Shown here: piece after piece, positions 12,889 to 25,655 of the stretch
Layout: each line of letters starts with the position of its first letter
How positions within the stretch are numbered: position 1 is the first letter of the stretch
Assembly: GCA_010909165.1 (NCBI GenBank)
Contig: MU008175.1
Location: forward strand, 859,370-923,369
Direction: 5' to 3'
DNA length: 64,000 bases
Source: Anthoceros angustus
Lineage: Eukaryota > Plantae > Anthocerotophyta
The notes under the pieces: generated by a model
What the model was told of the DNA's origin: nothing
Databases searched by the model: none
Seen by the model: the letters and a program-made list of their open reading frames with translations, nothing else
Program-made: the position numbers and the translations under genes

Positions 12889-15165
12889 TGGTATCAGAGC
12901 ATCTGATCCTCGGATCAAGATGTGGAATGCTTAAAGCTTTGGATCATTACTGAAGTAATGAAGATGCTCTTTGCATCCTCGAGGTGCACCACAAACCCTA
13001 ACTTGCTCGTGAAATAAAGCCTGCATGTGGACTGTGGAGATTGTGATCCGCACAGCACCAACCGTAGCAACAACTTGCAAGGTATGTTGCACTAGATCAG
13101 GTTGACCACAATTAACCACCAACAAGCACCGTGTGTTGCACGTATGGCTGTTGTTCTGAAACATCACACCGTTTCATATCAGGCTTAACAAAAATGTTAA
13201 CCCTGATATGAATCTGGTTGATTGCTTCTAAATTAAAACTACCCCAGAAAACGCTTGGGCCTCTTGCTGCCTAGAAGTATTAGGCTTGCCTTAACCCAAT
13301 GATGTTGCTTGTGCTCTGTCTGGTGTAGTGATTATGAAATTCCTTCTTAGGCTAACAGGTTCTTGTTCTTGTGAAATTCTCCTGTTCGGATCACTAGGCA
13401 AGGGCACCAAATTGTGGTGAATGTTTGTCTTGCCCTGACCGCGGTGTGGAGGCACTCAGTTTTAAACTGGAATCTCATCAAATTGTTCCCTCACAGTTGA
13501 GACAGGAGTCGACTTTAAGGAACAAGATCGATTCAATGGGACTAAGTATAATACTTGGGCAATTCGAATGAAGTCTGCCCTTGAATTGAAAGAGGTCTGA
13601 AAGTCCGTGGCTGATTCCTTACCTCGTCCCATACTAGCTGTAACCACAACCTCAACGCCAACTATTCCACAAGCTGACGTTGACAAATGGGATCGTGGAG
13701 ATCGAACAGTAAAGCATCTGATCATCAATGGTCTAGATGAAAGCATGATGGATCATGCTGAGGGCTATGACACATCCCAAGAAATCTGGGATGGTTTAGC
13801 AAATCTGTACAAGGTGCAGAATGTTATGTCCCTTGTGGAAGCAAGGATGACCTTCTTCTCACTTCGATTGAAAGAAAAGAAAAGTGTTTCGGCATACCTG
13901 GGCAAGTGTAGGTACCTCAGTTCGCAACTCTCGCTCCTCGGCTCTAAGATGACAGAGCTTGAAGTGCATCGCAGAAGGCATAGTGCAGTATGGCTTGTAT
14001 GTATTACAGCTCTTACCTGTAGGCTCCCCGTCAACTGAGCAGAGCAGGAGTAAGGTTGCTTGTGTGGCAGATTCCTCTTCTTCGAGGACACTCTTGTGGC
14101 ACATGAGATATGGGCACATGAACCTCCCAAAGCGCTAGCTTCTACGTCACATACAAGCAGATTACTTCAGAGCTGATGAAGGTCTCCCAAAACTAGAGAA
14201 ACAGATGCAAGTTTGTGAATCTTGCGTAATGAGTAAGCATAAGCAGCTCCCTTTTACCAACACACGTGCTACACGAGCAACCAGCCTATTAGAATTACTG
14301 CATGCAGACATATGTGGACCTTTGAGTGAAACTTCCCTTGGTGGAGCAAAATTCTACTTAGTCATAGTTGATGATTACAGCAGATTCACATACACTTATC
14401 CACTGAAGAGGAAGAGTGACACATTCAGTACCTTCCAGGACTTCAAACTTATGGCTGAATCGTAGACGGGATCAAAGGTTCGCTGTTTGCGGACAGATAA
14501 CGGGGGTGAATTTAGCTCCAATGTTTTCAAGGAGTGGTGTAAGGCTCATGGAATCATGCGGCAATATACAATACCTTATACATCCCAGCACAACGGGATT
14601 GTCGAGAAGAAAATTGGAGACATTGGAAGTGCAGCTAGGACAATGCTACAGACCTCAAATCTTCCTAAGCCCTACTAGGCAGAAGTCATAGTCACAGCTA
14701 CCTATGTCATGAAACAAAATGCACACATCAGCCATTCCGTTAGGGACAACACCATTTAACCTCCCGTATCCAGACCCCGTATACGTACAAAGGTCATTAC
14801 AGATATTTTAGCGAATATTAATGCTGGAAATATGCTTAAAACTGCAGATAATGCTGAAGATAATATAGGAGATGATTCTATTAATGCTGCAATTTATGAT
14901 TTTGCTAATTCCACTCCAGATATGACTAGGGCTCTTCGTTCACATGCTCTTCTGACAGATGATGGTGAACCGGCTACATATCGAGAAGCATTGAATGGGC
15001 CCAATGGTGCAGCGTGGAAAGGTGCAATAGAAAGTGAGTATAATTCTCTGCTTAAAAATCATACATGAGATCTAGTCAAACTTCCTCCTGGTCGTAAATC
15101 CATCCTTTGTAAATGGGTGGTTAAGACAAAATTAAATTCTGATGGTTCTATTGAACGTTATAAAT
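12889..15165 (+). mobile_element. Decayed, internally deleted Ty1/Copia retrotransposon
   Basis: tRNA-iMet PBS TGGTATCAGAGC at 12889-12900. Gag (FNGTKYNTWAIRMKSAL...EIWDGL). Integrase (CESCVMSKH, LHADICGP, IVDDYSRF, RTDNGGEF, QHNGIVE). RT start (EPATYREAL...EYNSLLKNHT*DLVKLP). In-frame stops; LTR limits not determined. Confidence 0.85.
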
Positions 15166-15531
15166 ATCCAAAACATTCTTCTGAAGAATGTTTTGGATGA
15201 AGGCTTCATGGTGGAGCATTTGCTTCCTCGAGCAGTGGCAAAGAAAGCAAAGAAATCCACTGGCTAATCCACGGTGAGAGTTTACACTCAGTACCTTACC
15301 CTTGTTCATTGTGGTTTATTAGTGCTCTGATTAAGGTGGAAATTGTGTGACGCTTTGCTGGGGGACACTTTCTATTTTGCAGAGTTGGCTAAACTTGTGA
15401 ACTGAGCATGCTCGAGACTGGAGGGTGGAGTGGAGAAATTTGCTTTGTTAGGTCTGTGGGAAGAAAGTGAATAGGCTGCTTGTATTGCATTTGTAGAGTT
15501 TCAAGTTCAAACTAAACCAAATGACATTACT

Positions 15532-16141
15532 ACGGGCCCCTAAACTATAGTGTTTTGTTTTACTACGCCACTGAACTTTACAGCGAAATAAAACTTTACT
15601 ACAAGCCAGTACTTTACAACAGACTAAACGGGCCTACTGTTCACAACGGGCCTACTGTTTAGAACGGAATTGAACTTTACAACGGAGATGCACATTACAA
15701 CGGAAGGGACCTTTACAACGGAGATTTACATTACAACGGATAATGTTGTGAAGAGTTTTACAACGCTAAGAGGGTTAGTTAACCTGGGTTATCTAACTAA
15801 GGTTATATTGTATGAATCCGAACCTTGGTTAGCCAACTTCAGTTAACAAGACTAGAGTAAACTAACCATGGTTGGAGTAACCCTAGTATTTAAAGCGTAA
15901 AAATCGTAGTAAAACGCTTTGTACAGTAAATGTAGTAGAAGATGTTGTAAAGGCTAGCATGCAATTGTCTGCGTTTAGGTACACCATACACATTCGCCCA
16001 TACCGTATACGAATACACCGTATATGGCAGGAAGCCTTTTACTACGGACACAAACTCAGTGTGCTTACTACGAGTGTTTTACTACAACCTTAGTAAAGTC
16101 ATAGTAAAATCCGTAGTAATGTCCGTAGTAAAAGGGCCCGT
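15532..16141. repeat. Repeat rich in TTTACAACGG/TTTACTAC motifs with weak ACGGGCCC inverted ends; possible MITE or subterminal region
   Basis: Many TTACAACGG copies at 15610-15770 and GTAGTAAAA/TTTTACTAC motifs; no clean TSD. Confidence 0.35.
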
Positions 16142-17279
16142 TTCCTCGTACGAGCTCGTACGCTTATTCGGTTCGTGGTTGTACCTCGAGCATCGCTTCT
16201 GGTATAAGGCTCGCCTAGCCACGCGACAAGTAGCGAGTTACGATCGTGGGCCACGTCAGACCCTGAGCGCCAGCAGCGCTGCGGGTGGGCGTGGAAAGAT
16301 CGGAGTCCACTAAGTACCCTCGTGGATATAGGAGTCTGGTCGACGGGGTCCATCTGTCGATAACGGTTTGAACTAGAAGGCGGTACTGAAGTGGGTAAAT
16401 CAATAGGCGAACGGTGCGGTACGATACATTCCCTTGGTATCGAACCTCATACTACACGATACGGGATCTAGTGTGCGCCCAGCTGGTCCATCAACGAAAG
16501 TACGGCCACAGTCACTGTTTACAATGCAGGAAGCTCTGTAGGCAATCAAGAGTTGAGTTTCTTATTGCAAAGCTAAGGAAATCCATGGCATCATTAAGAG
16601 TACATTGCACCAATGATGACTTCCAACAAGATGAAGAGGTTCCATCTGATGAAGTGCACACACAAGACCATCCAGCCCATCCTGATGAATTTGAGCAGAA
16701 CACTTTAGCAAAAGATGCAGACTTGCTGCAAGAACAGGGATTGCTCCAAGGTACAGAGAATTGTGGAGTGCCTTATGAGCACATCAACGACCTTGGCGCA
16801 GGATTGGATGAATTAATCCCAGCCCTTCAATCACAAGCTGTGCCAAAAGAATTTCGTGGCCCGGCCGCGTCAAGTGCCGATCTTGTGACACCGTGGACGA
16901 GGAGAGGGTGTCACCGCCGTCAGTGGTGAGAGCAGTACGGAAGAAGCCAACATCACTGAACCTCGCTGCAATCTTTGAAGGTATTACTGGTGAGAGATCT
17001 TCGTCTTTGCCACTTGACCAAATCGCATGTGCCAGAGTACCATAGCTCTCCAGAAGAATTGAAGTTGACGATATTCCCCCTGTGTCTTAAGCTTCTTCCC
17101 CTTCAGTCATGGATGGAAACACTTTGCATGCACGAAGTTTGCAAGGTGAAAATCCCGAGATGCACACGCTAGAAGGGACAGCCCAAGTTCCACACATCTC
17201 AGCAGCGTACTAGCCACTTTGCTTGCAACGATGTTGATGGGACTTCAGTGATGGCTGCACACCGCATGTCTGAGCTCTT

Positions 17280-19967
17280 AAAATGATAATTTTTGAAGGG
17301 GGGGAATATAGTAACCCCCTTCGGTCGAGATAGCACCCCCTTGTCACAATGTACACCCTTCATGTAATAGCATATCTGCCCTACTTTGATAATGCGCACA
17401 CCCTTTCTGAGGTCATACCTTTGATAAAAGACGCACTTTCAAGTCTACACAGGCTGGAGCACTGATGGGGTGTGGGCCCGTCTGCATTTTTGTAGAATGC
17501 ATAGAGGGCTGCCATTTTCATATGTTTATTACAACCGAAAGCTTTTACTTTCAAGTGGTGGAACACAATGAAAAAAAATCGTGTACTAGCGGGAGTCTCA
17601 TTTCAATGGTCGTGAGAGCATTGTAACAAACAACTGTTAAAGGAGGAAGTGGTCATCAGCATCGACAATAGTCATTCAAGAGTGGGGCCTGGCGACTCAT
17701 CCATGCCTTGCGCGGAAACTAAGTCAAGTACCACCGCCATATTCCGGAGGCGATCCATATCCTCCGCCTCAAAGTTGTCGTTCTCCTCCATTACTTGCTC
17801 GTCTTCAATAGTACCATTCTTGGGCCCAGCGTCCAACGGTATCGACCACCACACAGCATCTAGCGTCAGCTGACCCTCATCCAAAAGGTCGCCAGTCGTG
17901 GTCTTCAACCTTCTGGCACTCAATGCAACCACTTGGGCTTTAAGGCAATGCCAGCGTCCATAAAATGAACAAAGTTAGTTGCCCATGCGCCCATGCAAGC
18001 ATCCTTAAAATTAACAAAGTTGAGTTATTAAGAAGATATGGGTTTCGAACAAAACTTATTCATTAGGACAACTTTTTCCCAAGCACTTGACCAACGGTAC
18101 CAAGTTGTTAAACTCTTGAGCCGCTAAATATTCATTTTCTTAAAGACAGCATATGAGGAGCCCATGGGCGCCCCAGGGTAGGGCAGGGGAGGCGCCGGCC
18201 GGCGCCCATGGGCGTGCATGGCGTGTTGGGAGGCGCCGGCCGCCCATGGGCGTGTGTGGGGAGGTGTGCTAGGGAGGCGCCGGCCGGTGGCGCCCATGGC
18301 AGTGGGGGCCGGCCCGGCGCCCATGGGTAGGGGGTGTGTTGGGGGAGGCGGGCGCCGGCGCCCATGGGCGGTGTGCTAGGGAGGCGCCGGTGGCGCCATG
18401 AGCAGAGCAGCCGGGGAGGCGCCGCCGGCCGGCGCCCTTAGCACCATCCTACGATGCGGGTGAGGCCGGCGCCCATGGCGGCATGGCGTGTTGGGCGGGC
18501 GCGGCGGCAGGCGGGCGGGGCGTGTGTGGGGAGGTGTGGGCGGCCGGCCGGTGGCGCCGCGTGTGCTAGGGGCGCGGCCCGGCGGCGCCATGGGCGGGGC
18601 GTGTGTGGGGAAGGTGTGCTAGGCGGCGCCGGCCGGTGGCGCCGGCGAGGTGTGCTAGGGGCCGGCCCATGGGCGGGGCGTGTTGGGGGCGCCGGCCCGG
18701 CATGCGGTGTGCTAGGGGCGGCCGGCCCACATGGCAGCATCTTGGGGGAGGCGGGCGCCTCCCTTAGCACCATCCTACGATGCATGCGGGTGAAGCTAGG
18801 GGGACAAGAAAGGCGGCGGGTATCCTATCACCGATGGAAGGTGTGGCCCATTTGCGGGAAGGGTTAAAAGATTTGCGTCCATAGGTATTGAAGAGTACAA
18901 GTGGTGGGAAGCCTTTTGGGTGGACGGAAGGAGATTGCTATCATTGTGGAGAATAACATTGGGCTAGTGCTACTGGCGTCCTTGGAAGTGGTTTTCACGT
19001 GCGAAGTGGATCATATAGCTGACCACTTCAAGTGCGGATGAAGCTTTGCTAGATGAGGCATTATTGAGGACCTCCACGGTGATATGTACTTGGGGCATAT
19101 CAAAATGCGGAAGAACAGCGATGGGAATGGCGGATGAATGGGGACATAATGGAAATCTTGAAGGGATGTTTCTAGCCTGCACTATGGACACACATAGAGC
19201 CATTACGGATTGGGAGGTCATTGGCGAGCTAGATGCACCATGACCTCACTTTCTTATCCACAGTATCGGACCGAGCACCGTCGTGAAGGAGATATGTGAA
19301 TACATAGTCATCAGTGCCAACCCATCGGTCGATCAGGAAAAAGGAATAAGGTCCATTACCAAAAACATACGAGGTGTTTGTGAATGAAACGGTCATCACA
19401 TGTGGGTTTGTGTTGAGCATGCGGAAACATGTGTATCGGTGGACAAAAGCGATAAGGGATAAGCTCTGCGAGTTGCGTGGCTTCATACAACTGCGAGTCA
19501 AAGTGCGGCGAAGATAGTGATGACAATGGAGAAGGCTGACCAAGTGATGACGAAGGATTGAACTCGTGATGAGTGGCGAAATCACGGTTTGTCCGGGGTC
19601 CCAGTGAATGTTGAGCGTCTAGTTCCAAATGTTACATGTTTTTGGAAAAGTGGCTTTTGTTGTGTCCTTACTAAACCACATTTTCCTCTCAAAACTGAAT
19701 TTACGGTCATCCCTTCCCGGCAGGAACGGCCTTCCTTACCGTTCCTACTTTGCTTTAATACCATAGGTTCGAGTTTGCAACCACCATTCGACAGAAACAT
19801 TGCTGGATGGAAAGTAGGAACTTTAGTGGGTGACACCCTTTTTTTCGGAGATGTTTTCCGGAATGCCTTAAAAACGTTGTTTTAGGGCCCATCAAAAACC
19901 CCCTTCAGAGATTATTTACGGAAAACCCCCTTCGAGATTATTCACTCCCTTCAAAAATTATGATGTT
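17280..19967. mobile_element. Non-autonomous TIR DNA transposon, copy A (4-bp TSD TCTT)
   Basis: TCTT|AAAATGATAATTTTTGAAGGGGGG ... CCCTTCAAAAATTATGATGTT|TCTT. Interior: minus-strand coding remnant, GC-rich minisatellite, plus-strand coding remnant. Confidence 0.92.
18160..18775. repeat. GC-rich minisatellite (GTGTGCTAGGGAGGCGCCGGCCGGCGCCCATGGG-like units) inside copy A; equivalents at ~21235-21980 and ~59700-60145
   Basis: Visible degenerate tandem units in all three copies. Confidence 0.85.
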
Positions 19968-20375
19968 TCTTTGAGCCAGCCATACAAAAGAAGGCAAGAA
20001 AGGGAAAAGCGCACGAGAGGGAAGCCAAGCCCTACAGATGGATAGCCATGCTTGTTGACCAGCAATGCATGGTTGCAAGCGGAAGCTGAGAAAGCAAGGT
20101 TGGAGGAGGCCAAGGAGGTGGAAGCAGCCGTGAAGCACATCCAAAGAACCAACGCTGCAAAGGCAACACCTTTTAATAGAGCGGCGGACAAAAAGAAGCG
20201 TGCAACGAAAGCTTTCTTTAGAGCAGAAATGGAGAGGGAGGCAAATGAGGCTATCCTCAAGAGGCAACGCATGGAGGAAGAGAAGGCCATGTAGAAGGCA
20301 CAAGTAGAAGCAGCTCGGATTGCTGCGAAACATGCGCAATTTGCTGCAAGATTGCATCCAATTGATGAAGCTATG

Positions 20376-22699
20376 AACACGATAATTTTTGAAGGGGGGG
20401 ATATACTGACCCCCTTCGGTCATCACAGCACCCCCTTGTCACGAAGAACACCTTACCTAGAACAGCATATGTGCCCTACTTTGATAATGCACACACCCTT
20501 TCCGAGGTCATACCGTGATAAAAGACGCACTTTCAAGTGAACACCCTAGAACTGGAGCATGAGGGTGTGGGCCTCGCGCTTTTGTAGAATGTTTAGAGGG
20601 CTGCCATTTTATATGTTTATTACAACAAAAACTTTTACTTTGAAGTGGTGGAACACAATGAAAACAATCTGTACTAGAGGGAGTCTCATTTTAATCGTGA
20701 AGAACATTGCAACAAACATCCGCTAAAGGAGGGAGTGGTCATCGATCGATAATAGTCATTGAAGAGTGCGGCGACTCATCCATGCCTTGCATCGACACCG
20801 AGTCAAGAACCACGCCATATTCCGGATGCGGTCCATATTGTCCGCCTCAAAGTTATCGTTCTCCTCCATTGCTTGCTCGTCTTCAATAGTATCATTCCTG
20901 GCCCACCATCCGACGGTGTGGACCGCCACACAAAGATCTAGGGTTTGCTGACCCTCATCCAAAAGGTCGCCAGTCGTAGTCTTCAACCTTCTGGCACTCA
21001 ATGCAACCACTTGGGCTTTAAGGTAATGCCAGCGTCCTTAAAATGAACAAAGTTAGTTGCCCATGCGCCCATGCAAGCATCCTTAAAATCAACAAAGTTG
21101 AGTTACTAAAAAGATATGGGTTTTGAATCCAGAACCTATTCATTACTAAATTTTATTCCCAAACACTAAACCAACAATCCCAAGTTACAAACTTCTTAAG
21201 CCACTACATATTGATTTTCTTAAAAGATGCCTATGAGGAGGCGCGGCGGCGCCATGGAAATGGCAGTGTGCTAGGGAGGCGGGCGCCCATGGGCAAGGCA
21301 TGGCGTGTTGGTGGCCGGCGCCCAACGTGCTAGGGAGGCGCGGCGGCGCATGGGCAGGGGTGTGCTAGGGAGGATGCGGCCGGCCGCCCATGGGCGGTGT
21401 GCTAGGGAGGCGCCGGCCGGCGCCCATGGGCGGGCGTGTTGGGGCCGGCCGGCGCGCCCATGGGCGGTGTGCTAGGAGGCGCGGCCGGCGGGCGCCATGA
21501 CCAGGCATGCTGGGGAGGCCGGCGGCGGCCGGCGCCCATGGGCGGGCGCCGGGCGCCCATGGGTGGTGCTAAGGGCGCCGGCCGCCGCCGCCTCCCTAGC
21601 TCCACCCGTGGGGTGGGCAAACGGGTGGTGCGCTTAGCGAGGGCCGCCGGCCGGCGCCCTCCCTCCACGCACCACTCATCGGTAGGCCTACGTATGGGTG
21701 GTGCGTGGAGGGCGCCGGCCGGCGCCTGCTCGCTCTCCACCCATCGCATACGGCTGGTGGTGGTGCGTGGAGGAGGGCGCCGCCGGCCGGCGCCATCCTC
21801 CGCTGCACCACCGTAAACCCGATGGGTGGTGCGCGGATGGGGGGCCGGCGCCCTCCCTCCGCGCCACCCGTGGGGCCGCCCATGGGTGGTGCGTGGAGGA
21901 GGCCGGCCGGCGCCTCCCTCCGCTGCACCACCGCCTTATGCCCGACGGGTGGAGTGAACGAGCCGCCGGCCGGCGCCCTCCACGTGCCATTGTGGCCTTC
22001 CTTCCACGCACTTCGCACGTCGCACTTCCATCGAAAATTCAGTAGGCTAACCTTAGAAGCAACCTTGGAATGAAGGCTAACCTTAGAAGCAAATGCCGTC
22101 TGAAATCGAGCCAGCATTTGGTCGGTCGAGTGTAGAGGGTACTCCTCACGGAAACATGTGTATGCGGTGGACAAAAAAGCGATAAGGGATAAGCTCTGCG
22201 AGTTGCTTGGCTTAATACAACCTGCGAGTCAAAGTGCCGCTGAAGATAATGATGACAATGGAGGAGAAAATTTGGACCAAGTGATGACGAAGGATTGAAC
22301 TACGGGATGAGTGGCGAAATCTCGTTTTCGGGGTCCCAGAGTTAATGTTGTAAGTCTGATTCTTGATATTCTTGTGTTAGGAAATACCCTGTAGCTTTTG
22401 TGGTGTCATAACAAAACCACATTTTCCTCCCAAAATCGAGTTTATGCCCTTCCGGTGAACGACCTTCCTCACCGTTCCTACTTTGCATTATTCCGTAGGT
22501 TCGAGTTTGTGACCACCATTCGACACAAACATTGCTGGATGGAAAGTAGTAACTTTACTGGGTGACACCCTTTTTTTCGGAGCTGTTTTTCGCAATGCCT
22601 TCAAAACGCTGTTTTAGGGCCCATCATAAACCCCCTTTAGAGATTATTTGCGGAAAACCCCCTTCGAGATTATTCACCCCCTTCAAAAATTATCATGTT
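20376..22699. mobile_element. Non-autonomous TIR DNA transposon, copy B (4-bp TSD TATG)
   Basis: TATG|AACACGATAATTTTTGAAGGGGGG ... CCCCTTCAAAAATTATCATGTT|TATG. Internal deletion differs from A and C. Confidence 0.92.
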
Positions 22700-23309
22700 T
22701 ATGGCTAGCTCAAGCAAGGTTGCAAAGGTTTGGGATATGCGCATCAGGCAGGCTGGTCCGAGGATAGACACTTACAAGCTGTCCAAATTAGGTGTATGCT
22801 TGTCCTAGGGAGTTAAGTCCGTCTTCTCACACCATATACACTTGCTGGCCACATGTGGCGCCCAACGCCCGACAATGGCTGGCCATACAATGGTGCCCAA
22901 ATACTGCCCAATAATAATGGCGCCCAATTAACGCCCAACAACGGCGCCCAATTAACGCCAACAACGGCGCCCAATTAACGCCCAACAACGGCGCCCAACG
23001 CCCCATAATGGCGCCCAACGCCTGACAATGGCTGGCCATAAATGGCCTGCGAAAGGTGGGCATGTACGAACATGTACGTGCTCACAATAAGAACACTTAA
23101 GAAAATGCTAAAGAGTGCGACGTACTAGTATTATAGCACTAGCGCCCCCCTCTCGACTTTTTCCCTCTCCATGCCAGATTGTGTGTAAGGGCTGGGATTA
23201 ATGGAGTGTGAGCTGTCGAGAGGCACGCCTCCATACTCTTGAATGGACGCGCTCATCATGCCCTCACAAAATAACCCCCACCAAATTTAAAATACCCCTC
23301 CCCTCCTCA

Positions 23310-23900
23310 CATTTTGAAGAAAAATGCTTTACAACGTAATCTACAACAAGGGAACCACGTCATCAATCGCTGTTGTAAATGGCCTCCAATCCTATTTTTG
23401 GTGATTAATAAAAATAATAAAAAGTTTTAAAAAATGAATAACACATTTTGAGAAAAATACTTTACAACGTAATCTACAACAAGGGAGCCATGTCATCAAT
23501 CGCTGTTGTAAATGGCCTCCAATCATATTTTTGTGATTAATAATAATAATAATAAAGAGTTAAAAAATAAAAAATACATTTTGAGAAAAATATTTTACAA
23601 CGTAATCTACAACAAGAAAGCCACGTCATCAATCGCTGTTGTAAACGGCCTCCAATCATAATTTTGTGATAATAATAATAATAAAGAGTTTTAAAGAAAT
23701 AAAGAACAAATTTTGAGAAAAAGGCTTTACAACGTAATCTACAACAAGGAAGCCACGTCATCGCATGGTGTTGTAAATGGCTTCCAATCATATTTTTGTG
23801 ATTAGTTATATTAATAAAGATTTTTAATAAAGATCAAATTTTGAAAAAAAAAAAGCTTTTACAACGTGGGAGCCACGTCATCAATCCGTTGTTGTAAATG
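23310..23900. repeat. Tandem repeat, ~133-bp unit, ~4.5 copies
   Basis: TTTACAACGTAATCTACAACAAG...TCATCAATCGCTGTTGTAAATGG recurs near 23329, 23462, 23595 and 23727, with a partial copy at ~23860. Confidence 0.85.
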
Positions 23901-24689
23901 AGCACCCAAAAGAGTGCCACATCATCCAACTAGAAACCCCCGTTGTAAACCGAGTCTTAAAACTTGCTACATCAGCGAAACTTAAACCAATTTACAACGG
24001 AGGTTTTTAGATGTTGTAAAGATTGGGAGATTTGCAAAAGGGGTTTTGTAAAACACCCGTCTCCCCACCATGTGTACACATGGTGTGTTGAACACAGTTT
24101 CTTTGAAGCATCCGCTTATGCGTTTGCTCAATTGCTGTGCAACTTGAAGTGTGTGGGAATCCTTCTTATGAGCCTCATGCAAGACGCGAGAATCTGACTA
24201 AGTATGCATATCCTGCAAATTGTCAAAAGAAACCCGTCCTAAAGCTGCACAACTATTGTATGTTATTCATCACCACCCGCGTGTAAGGCCCGGTTCATAT
24301 CGGGCTTCTTGTGAGAAGTGAAAACATCCACCCTTCGACTGAAGACTAGGGTTATAGTCATATCTTTCATGGCTGTTTCACTCTTTCACTCCAACGATAA
24401 ACCCCATTCCTAAATTGGCCATGAAATATTCATAAATATGTGAAAATAGGCATAAGGCTCCAAATCACATCGGGCGCGGTGCCCTTATGTGGGTTTTCCT
24501 TCCTTGTCACATGGTAGATGGGATTTCCCCATCTCTTTTTCTGCAATAAAGTTCCCAAGATATATATCACATTGGGCCTTGGATTCTTGGATGGTAAAAC
24601 CCCCTTGAGGACCCGAGGTATCAAATTAATTGCATTTTCTTCCTATGCTTTTTACCTCAGGCCCGACCTATATAGAAACATTCCTCTAA

Positions 24690-24860
24690 TAATTTTTCTT
24701 CTCATAAGTTATATCCTCTAAAAGTTATAGAAAATCCGAAAAAACCGTTTTCTTCTCATAAGTTTCATCCCCTTGAAAAGTTATAGAAAATCCGAAAAAA
24801 CCGTTTTCTTCTCATAAGTTTCATCCCCTTGAAAAGTTATAGAAAATCTGGAAAACCGTG
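24690..24860. repeat. Tandem repeat, ~58-bp unit, 3 copies
   Basis: TTTTCTTCTCATAAGTT...AAAAGTTATAGAAAATCCGAAAAAACCG repeated. Confidence 0.85.
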
Positions 24861-25459
24861 CAGGTTACATTGCACATAAGTTCTAAGTTCTCGAATAGGT
24901 GGGAAATAAAATTGTTCAGAATGAAATTAATTCCCCTGATTTTTAACTATTATAACTTATTGGAAGTAAATTAAGAGATAAAGTCATATTATTTAATAAA
25001 TCAAAAAATAATCTAAATTATCCATATATTTAGTGTGCCTTGCCCAGCAGCTCAAGGCAAATGAAGATATGCATTGCTGGCAGCTTCTTGCATAGTAAGC
25101 AATCTTCTTCCTTAGAGACATCAAAGAATGACATGACAATGATGAGGCTCTTCAGTTTCTCACACCTTGAGAAGGTATGTTGTATTGCCTCCTCCTCTAC
25201 ATGTGCATCTTCCTCAACCTCTGACTCACCATGGCAATGATCTTTGGGTCCCGCAACTGCACATGTGTGACATGTCTTCTACATCCAAGTTAAGAAGGCT
25301 TTCTAGAGACATGAGTTAGGGCCATGAGTTGCATCTAAAGTAGCAATAAGTGAGTATGCATCAAATTAGCTTAGATTTATGTAAGATCATTAAGACATCA
25401 CATTAGCTTGATGTTTTATGCAAATAGCAGCTTGGTGCGTAAAATTTAGGGTCATTAAT

Positions 25460-25655
25460 AGGTCATGCGACAACAATGGCAATGGCAATGGCCTAATGCG
25501 CATAATGCGCCATTGCCAATGGCCATTGCCATTGTCATTGCCATTGCCATTGCCATTGTCGCATTATGCGCCAATGGCAATGGCCTAATGCGCATTAGGC
25601 GCATTAGTCCATTAATAGGCAATGGCTAGGGCAACAATTTTTGAAGTCGCATAGT
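25460..25655. repeat. Fold-back (CAATGG)n/(CCATTG)n repeat
   Basis: Runs of CAATGG followed by runs of the reverse complement CCATTG, with ATGCGCAT palindromes. Confidence 0.7.

Larger units (their letters stand above)
16560..22810 (+). pseudogene. Decayed TE-like ORF (acidic region followed by E/K-rich coiled coil), interrupted twice by TIR elements A and B
   Basis: Fragments at 16560-17279, 19972-20375 (LLTSNAWLQAEAEKARLEEAKE...) and 22704-22810. The frame reads through after removing copy B (...DEAM|ASSSKVAKVW...). Confidence 0.45.

Noticed and set aside
18124-22174. Many Pro/Ala/Gly/Arg-rich ORFs (also 45644-45967 and 59683-60097)
   Set aside because: Stop-free by-products of GC-rich minisatellites.
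23310-23900. Regularly spaced conserved motif with variable AT-rich gaps, superficially CRISPR-like
   Set aside because: The gaps are homologous to each other, there are no cas genes and the context is eukaryotic; it is a tandem repeat.
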